NCBI GenBank assembly: GCA_963715245.1
Contig: CAVQRM010000001.1
Coordinates: 1,051,797 to 1,115,796 of the forward strand
Reading direction: 5' to 3'
DNA: 64,000 bases
From: an uncultured Chloroflexia bacterium
GTDB lineage: Bacteria; Chloroflexota; Limnocylindria; Limnocylindrales; CSP1-4
The notes below the pieces were generated by a model that worked only from the letters and a program-made list of their open reading frames with translations, was not told where the DNA came from and ran no database searches. A program made the translations under genes and the position numbers. This document shows, piece after piece, positions 29,575 through 39,911 of this stretch; positions within the stretch are counted from its first letter, which is position 1, and each line of letters begins with the position of its first letter.

Positions 29575-31883
29575 GGGTGCCCCGCAACGCGTGCTCGATG
29601 GCCCAGATCGCCAGCGGCCGCAGGTACATCGTGGCGCGGAAGTTCCCGTCCACGTCGTACGCCTCGGGCGTCCGGAAGCGGTACCCGCGCCGCTCGATGA
29701 TGCGCTCCACGCCTTCCGCCGTCTGCCACGCCTCCGCGGTCAGGCCACGACCCATCATGAAGGCCGCGAGCGCCCAGGTGGTCCCGACCCACACCTCCTG
29801 CGACTGCTCGCTGGAGGTGTCGACGCCACCGTCCGGCCGCGCGCCGTTGACCGCCCCCATCCAGCCGTCACCAAAGCCGCGGACGTTCCGCTCGAAGACG
29901 GTCCGGAGCGCCGTGTCCACGTGCTCGGCCGGGACGAGCTCGCCCAGGCCCGTGGCGTCCGCCCACCACTGGCCGGCCAGCTGGTCCGCCATGATCGAAT
30001 CGGCGGACGGCCCGCCGCCGGCGTCGTACCGGTACGTGTCGCCGCCCCACAGTCGTGCCTCGAACGCCGGCCGGGCTCGCTCCATGGTGTCGCGCAGCCA
30101 CGCGACCGTCGCGTCGTCCCCCATCCGCTCGCCCATCGCGATCGCGGCCCTGAGCGCCGCCAGCCAGAGCGATCCGCCATACGCGCTCGGCCCGAGCATC
30201 GGCCACGTGTCGTATGTCTGGTCCGGGACGCCGTCATGCTCGGGCAGGCCGTCGCCGTCACGGTCGAACGCGGCGACGTAGTGCATCGCTCGCACCACGG
30301 CCGGCCACGCCTCGGCCACCAGCCCCTCGTCACCGAGGAGCTCGACCGTCTGCCACACGAGCAGGACGAACTTCGGGTTGAGATCCTTCCAGCCGTTCAC
30401 GTCCTGCAGGTGGTACGTGTTGAGCGTGACGAACGGGTCCTCCGCCGGCCCGCCGACGTCGTGCGGTAGGGCGCCCGCGACCTTGCGCACCGCGTGGCCC
30501 CCGGTCGCCCACACGGGCACCACCTCCGGGTCGTCCACGTCCACCGTGGCCACGAAGTCGCGGATCACCCGCTTCGCCAGCTCGGGCCACAGCTGGACGA
30601 GCGCGAACGACGCGTAGAAGTAGACGTCGAGCGTGTTGTAGAACGGGTAGTCGAAGCACTCGAGCAGGGCGAACGGGCCCGAACCGTCCCGCCGCACGCC
30701 ATCAGCGTCGTGGTCCGCCCAGATGGTGCCGCCGTCCACGAGGTAGTAGAGCTCGTTGCACAGCGCGGCCCGGTACCAGTCCGGGCGACCCGGGGCCTCG
30801 AGCACGCCGCCATGCCAGGCGTCGACCTCGTCCTGCCACGCCACGCGGTGGGCGAGCCCCTCGGCCGCGATGGCAAGTGCCTCGGTGCCCGTGGTGCCGA
30901 AGTAGCGCGTGTGGCGGCGGTGCCAGCGGCGGCCGGCGTCGAACGCCATGACCGGGAAGTCCCAGGCGAGCGAGAACGCGACGGTGCGCGTCTCTCCCGG
31001 CGCGAGGACGAACGTGGCCGCGAGGGCAGCACCGATCGTTTCGCCGGGTCGGCTGGGCGTCGGGTCGTCGACATCGTCGAGGCATCCGTCCGCCGAGAAG
31101 TCGGCCCAGACGTCGGCGCCGTCGTCCGGGTCGAACCGGCTGCGGGTGCTCAGGCGGACGCCCGCGGCGGCTTCTGCCGCGATCGCGAACGTGCCCGCCC
31201 ATGCCTCGTCGGCGGCCTCGGCCGGCCCGGCCAGCACGACGCCGGTCAGCTCGTCCCTTCGGACGGTTCGGTTGTGATGGCCTCCCGCCCGGTCGCGGCC
31301 TGCCCAGTGCCCCACGAGGTTCTGCCAGGTGAACATGAGGCCAACGGTGAGCGTTTCAGGCCCCGGATTCTCGGCGGTCCACTCGAGCACGCCGACGGGG
31401 TAGCTGCTCTCGCGGTCGTTGCCGGGGATGACCGGCGACAGCTGGCGCTGGCGCAGGCGGACCGGCAGCGCCGGCCAGTCGTACGCGAACCAGGCGTTCG
31501 GGAACAGCGCGTGATACGTGCCGGCCCCGGGCGGCAGGTCCCAGCTCCATGACCTGAGCGTCTCCGGACGGATCGTGCTGAGCACGTGGGCCGCGGATCG
31601 ACCGGCGCCTGACGTGTACACCGAGAACTGGCAGGCCGGGATGGACTCGAAGTGATGACGGCCCGCATCGATGTGCCAGCGGGCGAAGTCGCCCCGCGGC
31701 GTCCGGCCGATGCTTCCCGACCCCAGCCCGCCCATCGGCACGCCGCCCCACGGGCCGTCATCGATGATGCGTCTCGTGGGTCACGTGCGAGCGCCCGGGG
31801 TCCGCGGCGCCGACGCCGATCCCGCGGCGCCAGGCGACCTGCGGAATGCCGTGGGCGGCAGGGGCACGCTCCACGCTGGTCAC
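29567..31883 (-). CDS. GH116 beta-glucosidase (GBA2-like), frameshifted near 31765
   Basis: DDGPWGGVPMGGLGSGSIGR, SSYPVG, NELYYLVDGGT, LECFDYPFYNTLDV, WKDLNPKF, PDQTYDTW, IMADQLAGQW, FRTPEA, MYLRPLAIWA; GTG overlaps the LacI stop. Confidence 0.92.
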
Positions 31884-32928
31884 GCGGCGCGACTCGACTC
31901 GCGGACGACGAGCTCCGTCGCGAACACGACCCGGCTCGTCGCATCGCCCGGGTTGTCGATCCGGTGGAGAAGCAGACGTGCCATCTCGCGGCCCATGGCC
32001 TCGATCGGCTGGCGCACGGTCGACAGCTCCGGCCGGGTCGTCAGGGCCAGCGGGCGAGTCGTCGAAGCCAACCACGGCCACGTCGTCGGGAATGCGGCGC
32101 CCACTCTCCTGGATGACCCGCATCACGGTCGCCGCCATCGAGTCCGAGGCGGCAAACACCGCGTCGAGCCCGGGCCGACGCTCGAGCAGCTCGCGCATGG
32201 CATCGGCCGCGCTCACCAGGTGGTAGTTGCCCGCGGCCTCGAGACCCGCGTCGAGCGGTCAGTCCCGCCTCCCGCAGGGCGTCGCGGTACCCCTCGAGCC
32301 GATCGATGCCCGACGACATGTCCAGGGTCCCGTGGATGGTCGCCACCGAGCGCCGCCCGGTGGCGAGCAGGTGCGCGACCGCCATCCGGGCCCCGCCACG
32401 GTTGTCGCTGTCCACGTGACTGACGCTTCCCTCGCCCAGCTGCCGCCCGGACAGGACGATCGGCACGCCGATGCTGTCGAGGTGGGCCGGAAGCGGGTCG
32501 TTGCCGTGCGGGCCGACGAGGATCGCGCCGTCAACGTGACCCGCTTCGAGGTACCGCTCCACGCGCGCCTCCTCGCGCGCCGTCTGGGCCATCAGGAGCA
32601 CGAGCTGGATGTCGCGAGCGGCGAGCCCCTCGCTGATCCCGTCGAGCAGGCGCCCGAAGAACGGGTCAGCGAACAGGATGCCCGCCGGCTCCATGATCAC
32701 GACCCCGATGGAGTCGCTCCGGCGCGTCATCAGGCTCCGGGCTGCCCGGTTGGGGACGTACCCCAGGAGCCTGACTGCGGCCGCCACGGACGCCCGCGCT
32801 TCCGGGCTGACGCGCTCGCTGTCGTTGACCACGCGGGACGCCGTGGCGCGCGAGACGCCCGCAGCCCGCGCGACGTCGTCGATCGTGACGCTCCGCCGCC
32901 CTCGTGGGTGAGCCCTCGGCGCAGCCAT
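31880..32928 (-). CDS. LacI-family regulator (CelR/CebR-like), frameshifts near 32265 and 32050
   Basis: TIDDVARAAGVSRATASRVVN, LGYVPNRAARSL, FADPFF, DAVFAASD, IPDDVAVVGFDD, LSTVRQP. Confidence 0.9.
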
Positions 32929-33811
32929 CAGCCCTTGACTGCGCCGGCGGTGACGCCGCCGATGATCCAGCGCTGGGCGATCACGAAGAAGATGATCATC
33001 GGCAGCGTCATCATGAGCACGGCGGCCGCCAGGAGCGGCCAGTCGTTGCCGTAGACGCCGTTGAACACGATGAGCCCTCGGGTGATCGGGTAGAAGTCCT
33101 CGGTCGTCAGGTAGATCGTCGCAAGCACGAGCTCGTTCCACACGCCGATGGCGTGCAGCACGGCCACGGTGGCGATCGCCGGTGCTGCCAGGGGAAGCAC
33201 GATCGTCAGCACGTAGCGCAGGTAGCCGCAGCCCTCGATCGCGGCCGCCTCGTCGAGCTCGATCGGAATGGTGCGGATGTAGTTGACCAGGATCACGATC
33301 CCGATCGGGTTCACCACGAACAGCATGATGTAGCCGATCGGATTGTTGTACAGGCCGAGCCGCAGGATCAGCTGGAACTGCGGGATCAGGGCGGCCGGCA
33401 GGAACAGCGCGATGAGGAACAGGGTGAACAGCGGCCCTGCCCCGCGGACGAAGCGCCGCGCGATGGCGAGGGCGAGGAACGTGCCCGTCACCACGAACAC
33501 GACCGTCGACACGACCGTGTAGATCACGGTGTTGAGCATGTACCGCGGGAAGTTCGCCTTGTCCCAGGCCTCGAAGAAGTTGTCGAGGCTGAACGACGTG
33601 GGCAGTGATGTCGCGTCCTTTGTGAACTCGGGCAGGGTCTTGAACGCCGTCATGAACAGCATCACCAAGGGCCCGATGTAGAAGACCATCAGCAGGATGA
33701 GGAACGCGTAGGCGACGAGTCGGCCCGGATCGGGACGCCCGAACCGGCGACGTGCCGGCTGCGGGTGACTCGAGGTCGTCGATCGAACGTGATCACCGCC
33801 ATGTCGTTCAT
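32928..33811 (-). CDS. Carbohydrate ABC transporter permease (CUT1); probable N-terminal frameshift near 33790
   Basis: IPIELDEAAAIEG EAA loop, VWNEL, YGNDWPLLAA, GGVTAGAVKG; no in-frame start upstream of the TM region. Confidence 0.88.
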
Positions 33812-33813
33812 CG

Positions 33814-34740
33814 TCATCCCAGCAACCGGGCCTCTCTACGCCGCAGCAGGTACTGCGCGGTCAATCCGATGATGAGGACGACGATGAACAGGACGATCGA
33901 GGCCGCAGCGGCATAGCCCTGGCGCAGCGACACCACGGTGCTGCCGCCGGTCGCCCCGAACCCCGTCGCGTAGACGAGGTACCCGAGGACGGTCGTCGTC
34001 GGCCGGTAGCCGGTCAGCACGAGGAACAGCTGCCACGCCTGGAGCGACCCGATGATCGTGAGCACGAGGTTGGTGTTGACCGCCGGGGTCAGGAGCGGCC
34101 AGGTGACCTCACGGAACACCTGCCATCGGCCGGCCCCATCGATCCTGGCAGCCTCGTAGACCTCCGTGGGGATCGTGGCAAGCCCCGCGAGGAAGATCAG
34201 CATCGTGATGCCGAGGTTCGACCAGATCTGCACCGCGGCGACCCAGAAGAAGGGCTCCATGGTTGCGCCGCCGAGGAACTCCGGCTGCACGCCGAAGATC
34301 TCGAACAGGTTGGCCATCGGCCCGCCGAGCGGGTACAGGAACAGCGTCCAGATGAGGCCCTGGATCGTCACGCCCAGGATCACCGGCAGGAAGATGATCG
34401 TTCGGAAGAACTTCGTCCCGCGCAGCTTCTGGTTCAGGAGGACCGCTACCAGCAGCCCGAGGAAGAACTGGGGGACCGTGACGGCGATCGAGAACAGGAA
34501 CGTCCGGAGGATCGTCTCCCAGTTCTCTCGCGAGGCCGCGCCGAGGAAGAGGAACTCGTGGTAGTTCTCGAGACCGATCCAGTTGACCGGCAGGCCAGGC
34601 AGGCCGGACGCGTCCGTGAGCGAGTACACGGCCGTCGCCAGCGAGGGTCCTAGTGCGAAGACGATGTAGAGGAGGAGCGCCGGCAGCAGGAGCAGGTAGG
34701 GTGCCGCTCTGGATCTGCCGCTCCCGAAGTGATACTCCAT
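33814..34740 (-). CDS. Carbohydrate ABC transporter permease (CUT1)
   Basis: WIGLENY, FFRTIIFLP, LAGLATIPTEVYEAARIDGA, GYAAAASIVLF. Confidence 0.92.
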   Translation of the reverse strand: MEYHFGSGRSRAAPYLLLLPALLLYIVFALGPSLATAVYSLTDASGLPGLPVNWIGLENYHEFLFLGAASRENWETILRTFLFSIAVTVPQFFLGLLVAVLLNQKLRGTKFFRTIIFLPVILGVTIQGLIWTLFLYPLGGPMANLFEIFGVQPEFLGGATMEPFFWVAAVQIWSNLGITMLIFLAGLATIPTEVYEAARIDGAGRWQVFREVTWPLLTPAVNTNLVLTIIGSLQAWQLFLVLTGYRPTTTVLGYLVYATGFGATGGSTVVSLRQGYAAAASIVLFIVVLIIGLTAQYLLRRREARLLG

Positions 34741-34780
34741 GGACCTGCGCCCTCCTCTGTCCGAGCGAGTCGGGTGACGT

Positions 34781-34808
34781 GGAGCCCGACCCGTCCGGGT
34801 CAGGCTCC
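34781..34808 (-). terminator. Stem-loop downstream of the solute-binding protein gene (mRNA-stabilising or partial terminator)
   Basis: Minus strand GGAGCCTGACCC-GGAC-GGGTCGGGCTCC. Confidence 0.55.
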
Positions 34809-34836
34809 ACGGCCGCGAGTAGATCGATGGGCGGGA

Positions 34837-36207
34837 CTAGTTGGCCTGGAGTCCCGAGTCCAGGTCGGCCTGGGCCTGGGTGGCCGCCGCCTGTGGATCG
34901 TCGAATTCGCCGAATGGCTTGAACAGGTTGTTGGGGAGGATCGGCCCGGCCGCGTACACGCCCGCGCCCTTCGGCCCGATCCAGTACTGCTCGAACCCGA
35001 CCTTGAAGTCCCCGAGGTAGGGGGCCAGCTCCTGGCCGATCTTCGCGTTGAGGGTTGCACCCGACTGCGTCGGGATGAACTGGACGGCGTCCACGAAGGC
35101 CTGGTAGTTGGCCGGCTCCGAGAAGTCCGCCAGCCAGGCGAGGGCGGCGTCCTTGTTCGGCGCGTTGCCGGCAACCGAGAAGACCATGTCGTACTTGCCG
35201 AACATGTACTTGTTGTTGGCAGCGTCGTCGCTGCCGGGGAACGGGACATAGCCCCACTCGAAGGCCGGCTCGGCCGCCTCGATGGCCGCCGCGTACCAGC
35301 TGCCACCCGTGAACATCGCGACCTCGCCGGAGGCGAAGCGGCCGGGGGCGGCGTCGCCGGCGATGCCGCTGGCGCCCTGCTCCATCAGGTCGCGGTTATA
35401 GGTCTGGTACTTCTCGAACAGAGGCAGCATGTCCGGGTTGGTCCACTTGACCGACCCGTCCCAGAGGCCCTGCGCGAGCCCGGCCTGGTCCGGGAAGTTG
35501 GCGCCCGCGAGGCCGTACCCCCCGACGAAGATCGGCCAGCCGTCCTTGCCGCCGGCGGTCATGCACGGGATGCTGGCGGCCTTGAGCGTGTCGCACGCCG
35601 CCACCAGCTCACCGAACGTGGTCGGCAGCGCGATGTTGTTGGCGGCCAGCAGGTCCTTGTTGAAGTAGATGCCGCTGTACACGACACGACCCAGGCCCAC
35701 GCCGTAGACCTTGCCGTTGTACGTGGTCGCGTCGGCGATCGCCACATCGTCGTAGTTCTTGACGAATGCCTGGTCCGTGATGTCGGCCAGGAGCGTCGCG
35801 TCGATCAGCTGCTGCCAGGAAGGCGGATCCACGTTCGTCATGTACGGCTGGACCGCGTTCGAGAAGCCGGTCAGCGTGGGGACCACGACGTCGACGTCGC
35901 CCGCGGTGAGGCGGGTCTGCACGGCCGTCGGGAGATCGTTGGCGTTGACGACGGCCATATCGACCGTGACGCCGGGGTGAGCCGCCTCGAAGGTCTTGTT
36001 GAACTCCGTGAGGAAGTCAACGAGGGGCGGGTTCTGGTGGATCAGGATTCGGACGTTGCCCGAAAGCTGCGGGGCCTCGCTCGCAGCGGCGCTCTCGCCG
36101 GGTGCGGCCGTCGGCCCCGCCGTTGCGGGCGCCGTCGTCGCCGTCGAGCCGCCGCAGGCTGCGACCGCGAGCGCGGCCACCGCCGAGATGGCAAGCAGTC
36201 TTCGCAT
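34837..36207 (-). CDS. Oligosaccharide ABC substrate-binding lipoprotein (SBP_bac_1/8)
   Basis: Lipobox AVAACGG; FEAAHPGVTV, GKVYGV, IYFNKDL, PTTFGELVAAC, FASGEVAM. Confidence 0.9.
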   Translation of the reverse strand: MRRLLAISAVAALAVAACGGSTATTAPATAGPTAAPGESAAASEAPQLSGNVRILIHQNPPLVDFLTEFNKTFEAAHPGVTVDMAVVNANDLPTAVQTRLTAGDVDVVVPTLTGFSNAVQPYMTNVDPPSWQQLIDATLLADITDQAFVKNYDDVAIADATTYNGKVYGVGLGRVVYSGIYFNKDLLAANNIALPTTFGELVAACDTLKAASIPCMTAGGKDGWPIFVGGYGLAGANFPDQAGLAQGLWDGSVKWTNPDMLPLFEKYQTYNRDLMEQGASGIAGDAAPGRFASGEVAMFTGGSWYAAAIEAAEPAFEWGYVPFPGSDDAANNKYMFGKYDMVFSVAGNAPNKDAALAWLADFSEPANYQAFVDAVQFIPTQSGATLNAKIGQELAPYLGDFKVGFEQYWIGPKGAGVYAAGPILPNNLFKPFGEFDDPQAAATQAQADLDSGLQAN

Positions 36208-36370
36208 GGTCGTGATCTGGTGCCTCCTCCAGGGAGTGGGTCGCCCACTCCGGTCTGCGCCGGCATCACGGCCGGCTTGATGGCCACGGATCTGTCCCGC
36301 GACGGACCCGGGCACCGATGCTCGGGTGTCGGCACTGGCGGGGCCCACGCGGTCCGTTGATCCGAGTCCA

Positions 36371-36384
36371 TGAGAGCGCTCTCA
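36371..36384. promoter_or_regulatory. LacI operator 1 (CelR/CebR-like)
   Basis: Perfect palindrome TGAGAGCGCTCTCA, similar to the actinobacterial CelR/CebR box TGGGAGCGCTCCCA. Confidence 0.8.
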
Positions 36385-36484
36385 CGCTCGTGAGCGTACG
36401 ATACAATGGCTGTCAATAGGCACACAAGGCCGGTATTTTCGCGTCCGGACGGCTGCCGGATCCGATCGCTAGCGGTGTAGTGCA

Positions 36485-36498
36485 TGGGAGCGCTTTCA
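36485..36498. promoter_or_regulatory. LacI operator 2 (CelR/CebR-like)
   Basis: TGGGAGCGCTTTCA in the same divergent intergenic region. Confidence 0.7.
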
Positions 36499-36598
36499 CA
36501 CATCATGAGCAGAACCGAACCACCTGGCTCCCGGGACCGGACGGCCGGTCCTCGGAGCTCACGATCGACTGCACCGACGGAGCGAGGTCGCCAGCTGC

Positions 36599-37516
36599 AT
36601 GCGCACATCCACTGACTCGCTCCCGGGACATGTGCTCGTGACCGGCGCTGCCGGCCTCCTCGGCCGGGTGGTCGTCGACCAGCTGCGCGGCATCGGGGTC
36701 GGCGTGACGGCGATGCTCCAGTATCCGGGCGATTTCGACGCAGATCGTGTGGTCGTCGGCGACATGACCGACGCGGCGTTCGTCCGCGATGCCGTGAGCG
36801 GGGCGGACGCTGTCATCCACTGCGCCGCCCTCAAGGCGCCGATGATGGGCACGGCCGAGGCCGTGTTCTGTGGCAACGTGACCGGCACGTTCACGGTGCT
36901 CGAGCAGGCGGGCCTGGCCGGTATCCGCCGCGCGGTCGTCTCCAGCAGCTACTCGGTCCTTGGCCTGACGTTCGCGCCGACGATGCGTCATCCCGCCTAC
37001 CTGCCGATCGACGAGCAGGTCCCGCTCCAGGTCGAGGACCCGTATGCCCACTCCAAGCAGGTTGACGAGCTGAGCTCGGACCTGATGTGGAAGCGCTACG
37101 GCATGACGGTGGTGGCGCTCCGGTTCCCATTCCTCGGGGGCCTCGACAACACCATCCCGGACCGAGCCGCCCGGGTCGCCATCGATCCCGGGTTCGGTAC
37201 CGCCGCCAGGGAGTTCTGGACCTACCTCGAGACGCGGGACGCCGCGAGGGCGTGCGTGCTGGCGCTGACCGAGCCGCCCGCCGGCTGCCACGTCGTCTCG
37301 GTTGCCGCGCCGAACACCCTCGCGCCCTATCCGACCGAGCAGCTCCTGGCGGCCTATCACCCCGATGTGCCCCGTCGGCGCCCATTCCCGGGCCGGACCG
37401 CCCCGCTCGACCTGGCCAGGGCGCGTGACCTGCTCCATTTCAGTGCCGAGCTGCTGTGGGAGACCGAGCTGCGCGACTTCGATCCCGACGCGGTTCGCGA
37501 GAGCTCCCATGCCTGA
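36599..37516 (+). CDS. Extended SDR (NAD-dependent epimerase/dehydratase fold), possible sugar dehydrogenase
   Basis: VLVTGAAGLLG, DAVIHCAA, NVTGTFTVLE, SSSYS, YAHSK (YxxxK). Confidence 0.8.
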   Translation: MRTSTDSLPGHVLVTGAAGLLGRVVVDQLRGIGVGVTAMLQYPGDFDADRVVVGDMTDAAFVRDAVSGADAVIHCAALKAPMMGTAEAVFCGNVTGTFTVLEQAGLAGIRRAVVSSSYSVLGLTFAPTMRHPAYLPIDEQVPLQVEDPYAHSKQVDELSSDLMWKRYGMTVVALRFPFLGGLDNTIPDRAARVAIDPGFGTAAREFWTYLETRDAARACVLALTEPPAGCHVVSVAAPNTLAPYPTEQLLAAYHPDVPRRRPFPGRTAPLDLARARDLLHFSAELLWETELRDFDPDAVRESSHA

Positions 37517-37552
37517 CCGGACCGGCACCCGGATCGGGCAGTAGCGTCGGCC

Positions 37553-38441
37553 GTGCACCGCACCCTCGATGCGAGCCTGCTCGTGGACGCCCGAGCGGCG
37601 CTGGGCGAGGCGCCGCTCTGGGATGCGGACGACGCCAGCCTCGTGTGGGTCGACATCCTTTCCGGCCTCGTCTCCGTCACGTCCGCATCCGGTGAGCAGC
37701 GCGCCTCGTACGAGCTGGGCCATGCCGTCGGATCCGCGATGCCCGCCGCCGGGGGCGGCTGGCTGCGTTGCCGATGCGCTGGGCTTCACCTCGCTCCGGC
37801 GTGACGGCACCACGTCGATGCTCCTCGACGTCCTCGCGGACCGACCGGGCCTCCGTTTCAACGACGCCAAGTGCGACCCGATGGGGCGAGCGTGGGCCGG
37901 CACGATCGAGGCGGCCATGACCCCGGGGACCGGCACCCTGTACCGGCTCGATCCCGGGCCGGTCGCGACGCCCGTCCTCGGCGGCCTGACGGTCTCCAAC
38001 GGGCTGGGCTGGAGCCCGGACGCCCGCACGATGTGGTTCGCCGACTCGGCTGACCGCTTCATCCGCGGGTTCGACTATGAGCCGGAGCTGGGCCGACTTG
38101 GCGCCGGCCACCTGGCCATCGAGCTGCAGGCCACGGCGGGCAAGGCGGACGGCCTGTGTGTCGATGACGACGGGTATGTCTGGGTGGGCCTCTGGGGTGG
38201 GTCTGCCGTCCATCGCTACGCGCCGGACGGTCGGCTCGACACGATCGTGCGGGTGCCGGCGGCGCAGGTCACGAGCTGTGCCTTCGGCGGGTCCGACGGA
38301 TCGACCCTGTTCATCACGACCGCTCGTGTCGGCCTGTCGGCGGAGGCGCTGCAGCTGGAGCCGTATGCAGGCGGGCTGTTCGTGGTCGAGCCCGGCGTCA
38401 CCGGCCCGCCGGCCACGCCGTGGCGGCTCGACCCGGGCTGA
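37553..38441 (+). CDS. SMP-30/gluconolactonase family protein, frameshifted near 37770
   Basis: LGEAPLWD, LVWVDI, RFNDAKCDPMGRAWAGT, VSNGLGWSPD, ADGLCVDDDG, VTSCAFGG. Confidence 0.9.
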
Positions 38442-38496
38442 TCGCCATCAGCCGGCTGCCGCGGCACCCGGCCCAACAAACGGAGAGGATCGCACC

Positions 38497-39811
38497 ATGG
38501 CAGAGCAGGGACCGGACGACGCGGGATCAGGCGCAATCGCACCCTGGGAGCCGTGTGCCAGCCTGCCGCCGGTGACGATCACCGACGTCAGGGCGATCTG
38601 CACCGCGCCGGACGGCATCAGGCTCGTGATCGTGAAGGTCGAGACGAGCGACGCAGGGCTGTGGGGCGTCGGATGCGCGACGTTCACGCAGCGCCCCTGG
38701 CGGTCGTGGCCGCGATCGAGCAGTACCTCAAGCCGTTCCTCGTGGGCCGGGACCCCGACGACATCGAGGACATCTGGCAGGCGTCGTTCGTCAGCTCCTA
38801 CTGGCGTGGCGGACCCGTCCTCAACAACGCGATGTCGGGCGTCGACGAGGCCCTCTGGGACATCAAGGGCAAGCGGGCCGGGATGCCGGTGTACCAGCTG
38901 CTCGGCGGCCGTGTGCGTCGCGCCGCGGATGTCTACGTGCACGCCAACGGTCGGGACGTGGACGAGCTCGAGGACCGCGTGCGCGAGTTCCAGGAGCTGG
39001 GCTTCCGCCACGTCCGGTGCCAGATGGAGGTACCGGGCTACGCCACCTACGGACGCGGCAGCGCCGACCCGACCCCGGCGGCCGGGGGGACTGCGGCGCT
39101 CGGGCGGCTCGACCGGCGCCAGGATCCCTGGGAGCCGGGGCCGTACTGCCGCCTCGTGTCCGCGGATGTTCGAGATCGCTCAGGGCCCGCCTCGGCGAGA
39201 ACGTCGAGCTGCTCCACGACGTGCACGAGCGCGTGCCTCCGATCCAGGCCATCCAGCTGGCCAAGGACCTGGAGCCCTACCGGCTGTTCTTCCTCGAGGA
39301 CGTGTTCGCGCCCGAGGATCAGGAATACTTCCGCCTGCTTCGCCCCCAGACGAGCACGCCCCTGGCGATGGGCGAGCTGCACGTCAGCCAGGCCGAGTAC
39401 GTGCCGCTCATCAGGGACCGCCTGATCGACTTCATCCGCGTCCACATCTCGGACATCGGCGGGATCACGCCGGCTCGCAAGCTGGGCGTCCTCGCGGAGC
39501 ACTTCGGTGTCCGGACGGCCTGGCACGGTCCGGGCGACGTCTCGCCTGTCGGGCACGCCGCCAACCTCCACCTCGACGTCGCCTCGACCAACTTCGGGAT
39601 CCAGGAGGCGTACCTGTTCCCGGAGCGAACACGGGAGGTCTTCCCGGGCTGTCCCGAGATCCGTGATGGCGCGATGTGGACGAACGACCGGCCGGGCCTC
39701 GGCATCGACATCGATGAGTCGCTGGCGGCCCGGTACCCGTTTCCTGAGCACGTCTACAACGGCGCCTGGCCCGAGATCCGGCGCGCAGACGGGACCGTCA
39801 TCCGACCCTGA
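38497..39811 (+). CDS. Enolase-superfamily acid-sugar dehydratase (ManD/RspA-like), frameshifts near 38695 and 39165
   Basis: GVGCATFTQR, SYWRGGPVLNNA, DEALWDIKGK, LLHDVHER, FFLED, MGE, TAWHGPGDVSPVGHAANLHLD. Confidence 0.88.
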
Positions 39812-39911
39812 CCAGTTCAGGAGGCGGCGAGTGGTCCCTCGGCAACCGGGAGCGTGGATCGGGGCACGGCCGACGGCCGCCGGGGGTCGCGCTCCCGCCT
39901 GGCGATCGAGA

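Noticed and set aside
36393-36416. Minus-strand TTGACA as the -35 of the glucan operon
   Set aside because: The nearest -10-like hexamer (TACGCT) is only 12 nt away, so a canonical promoter cannot be supported from this sequence
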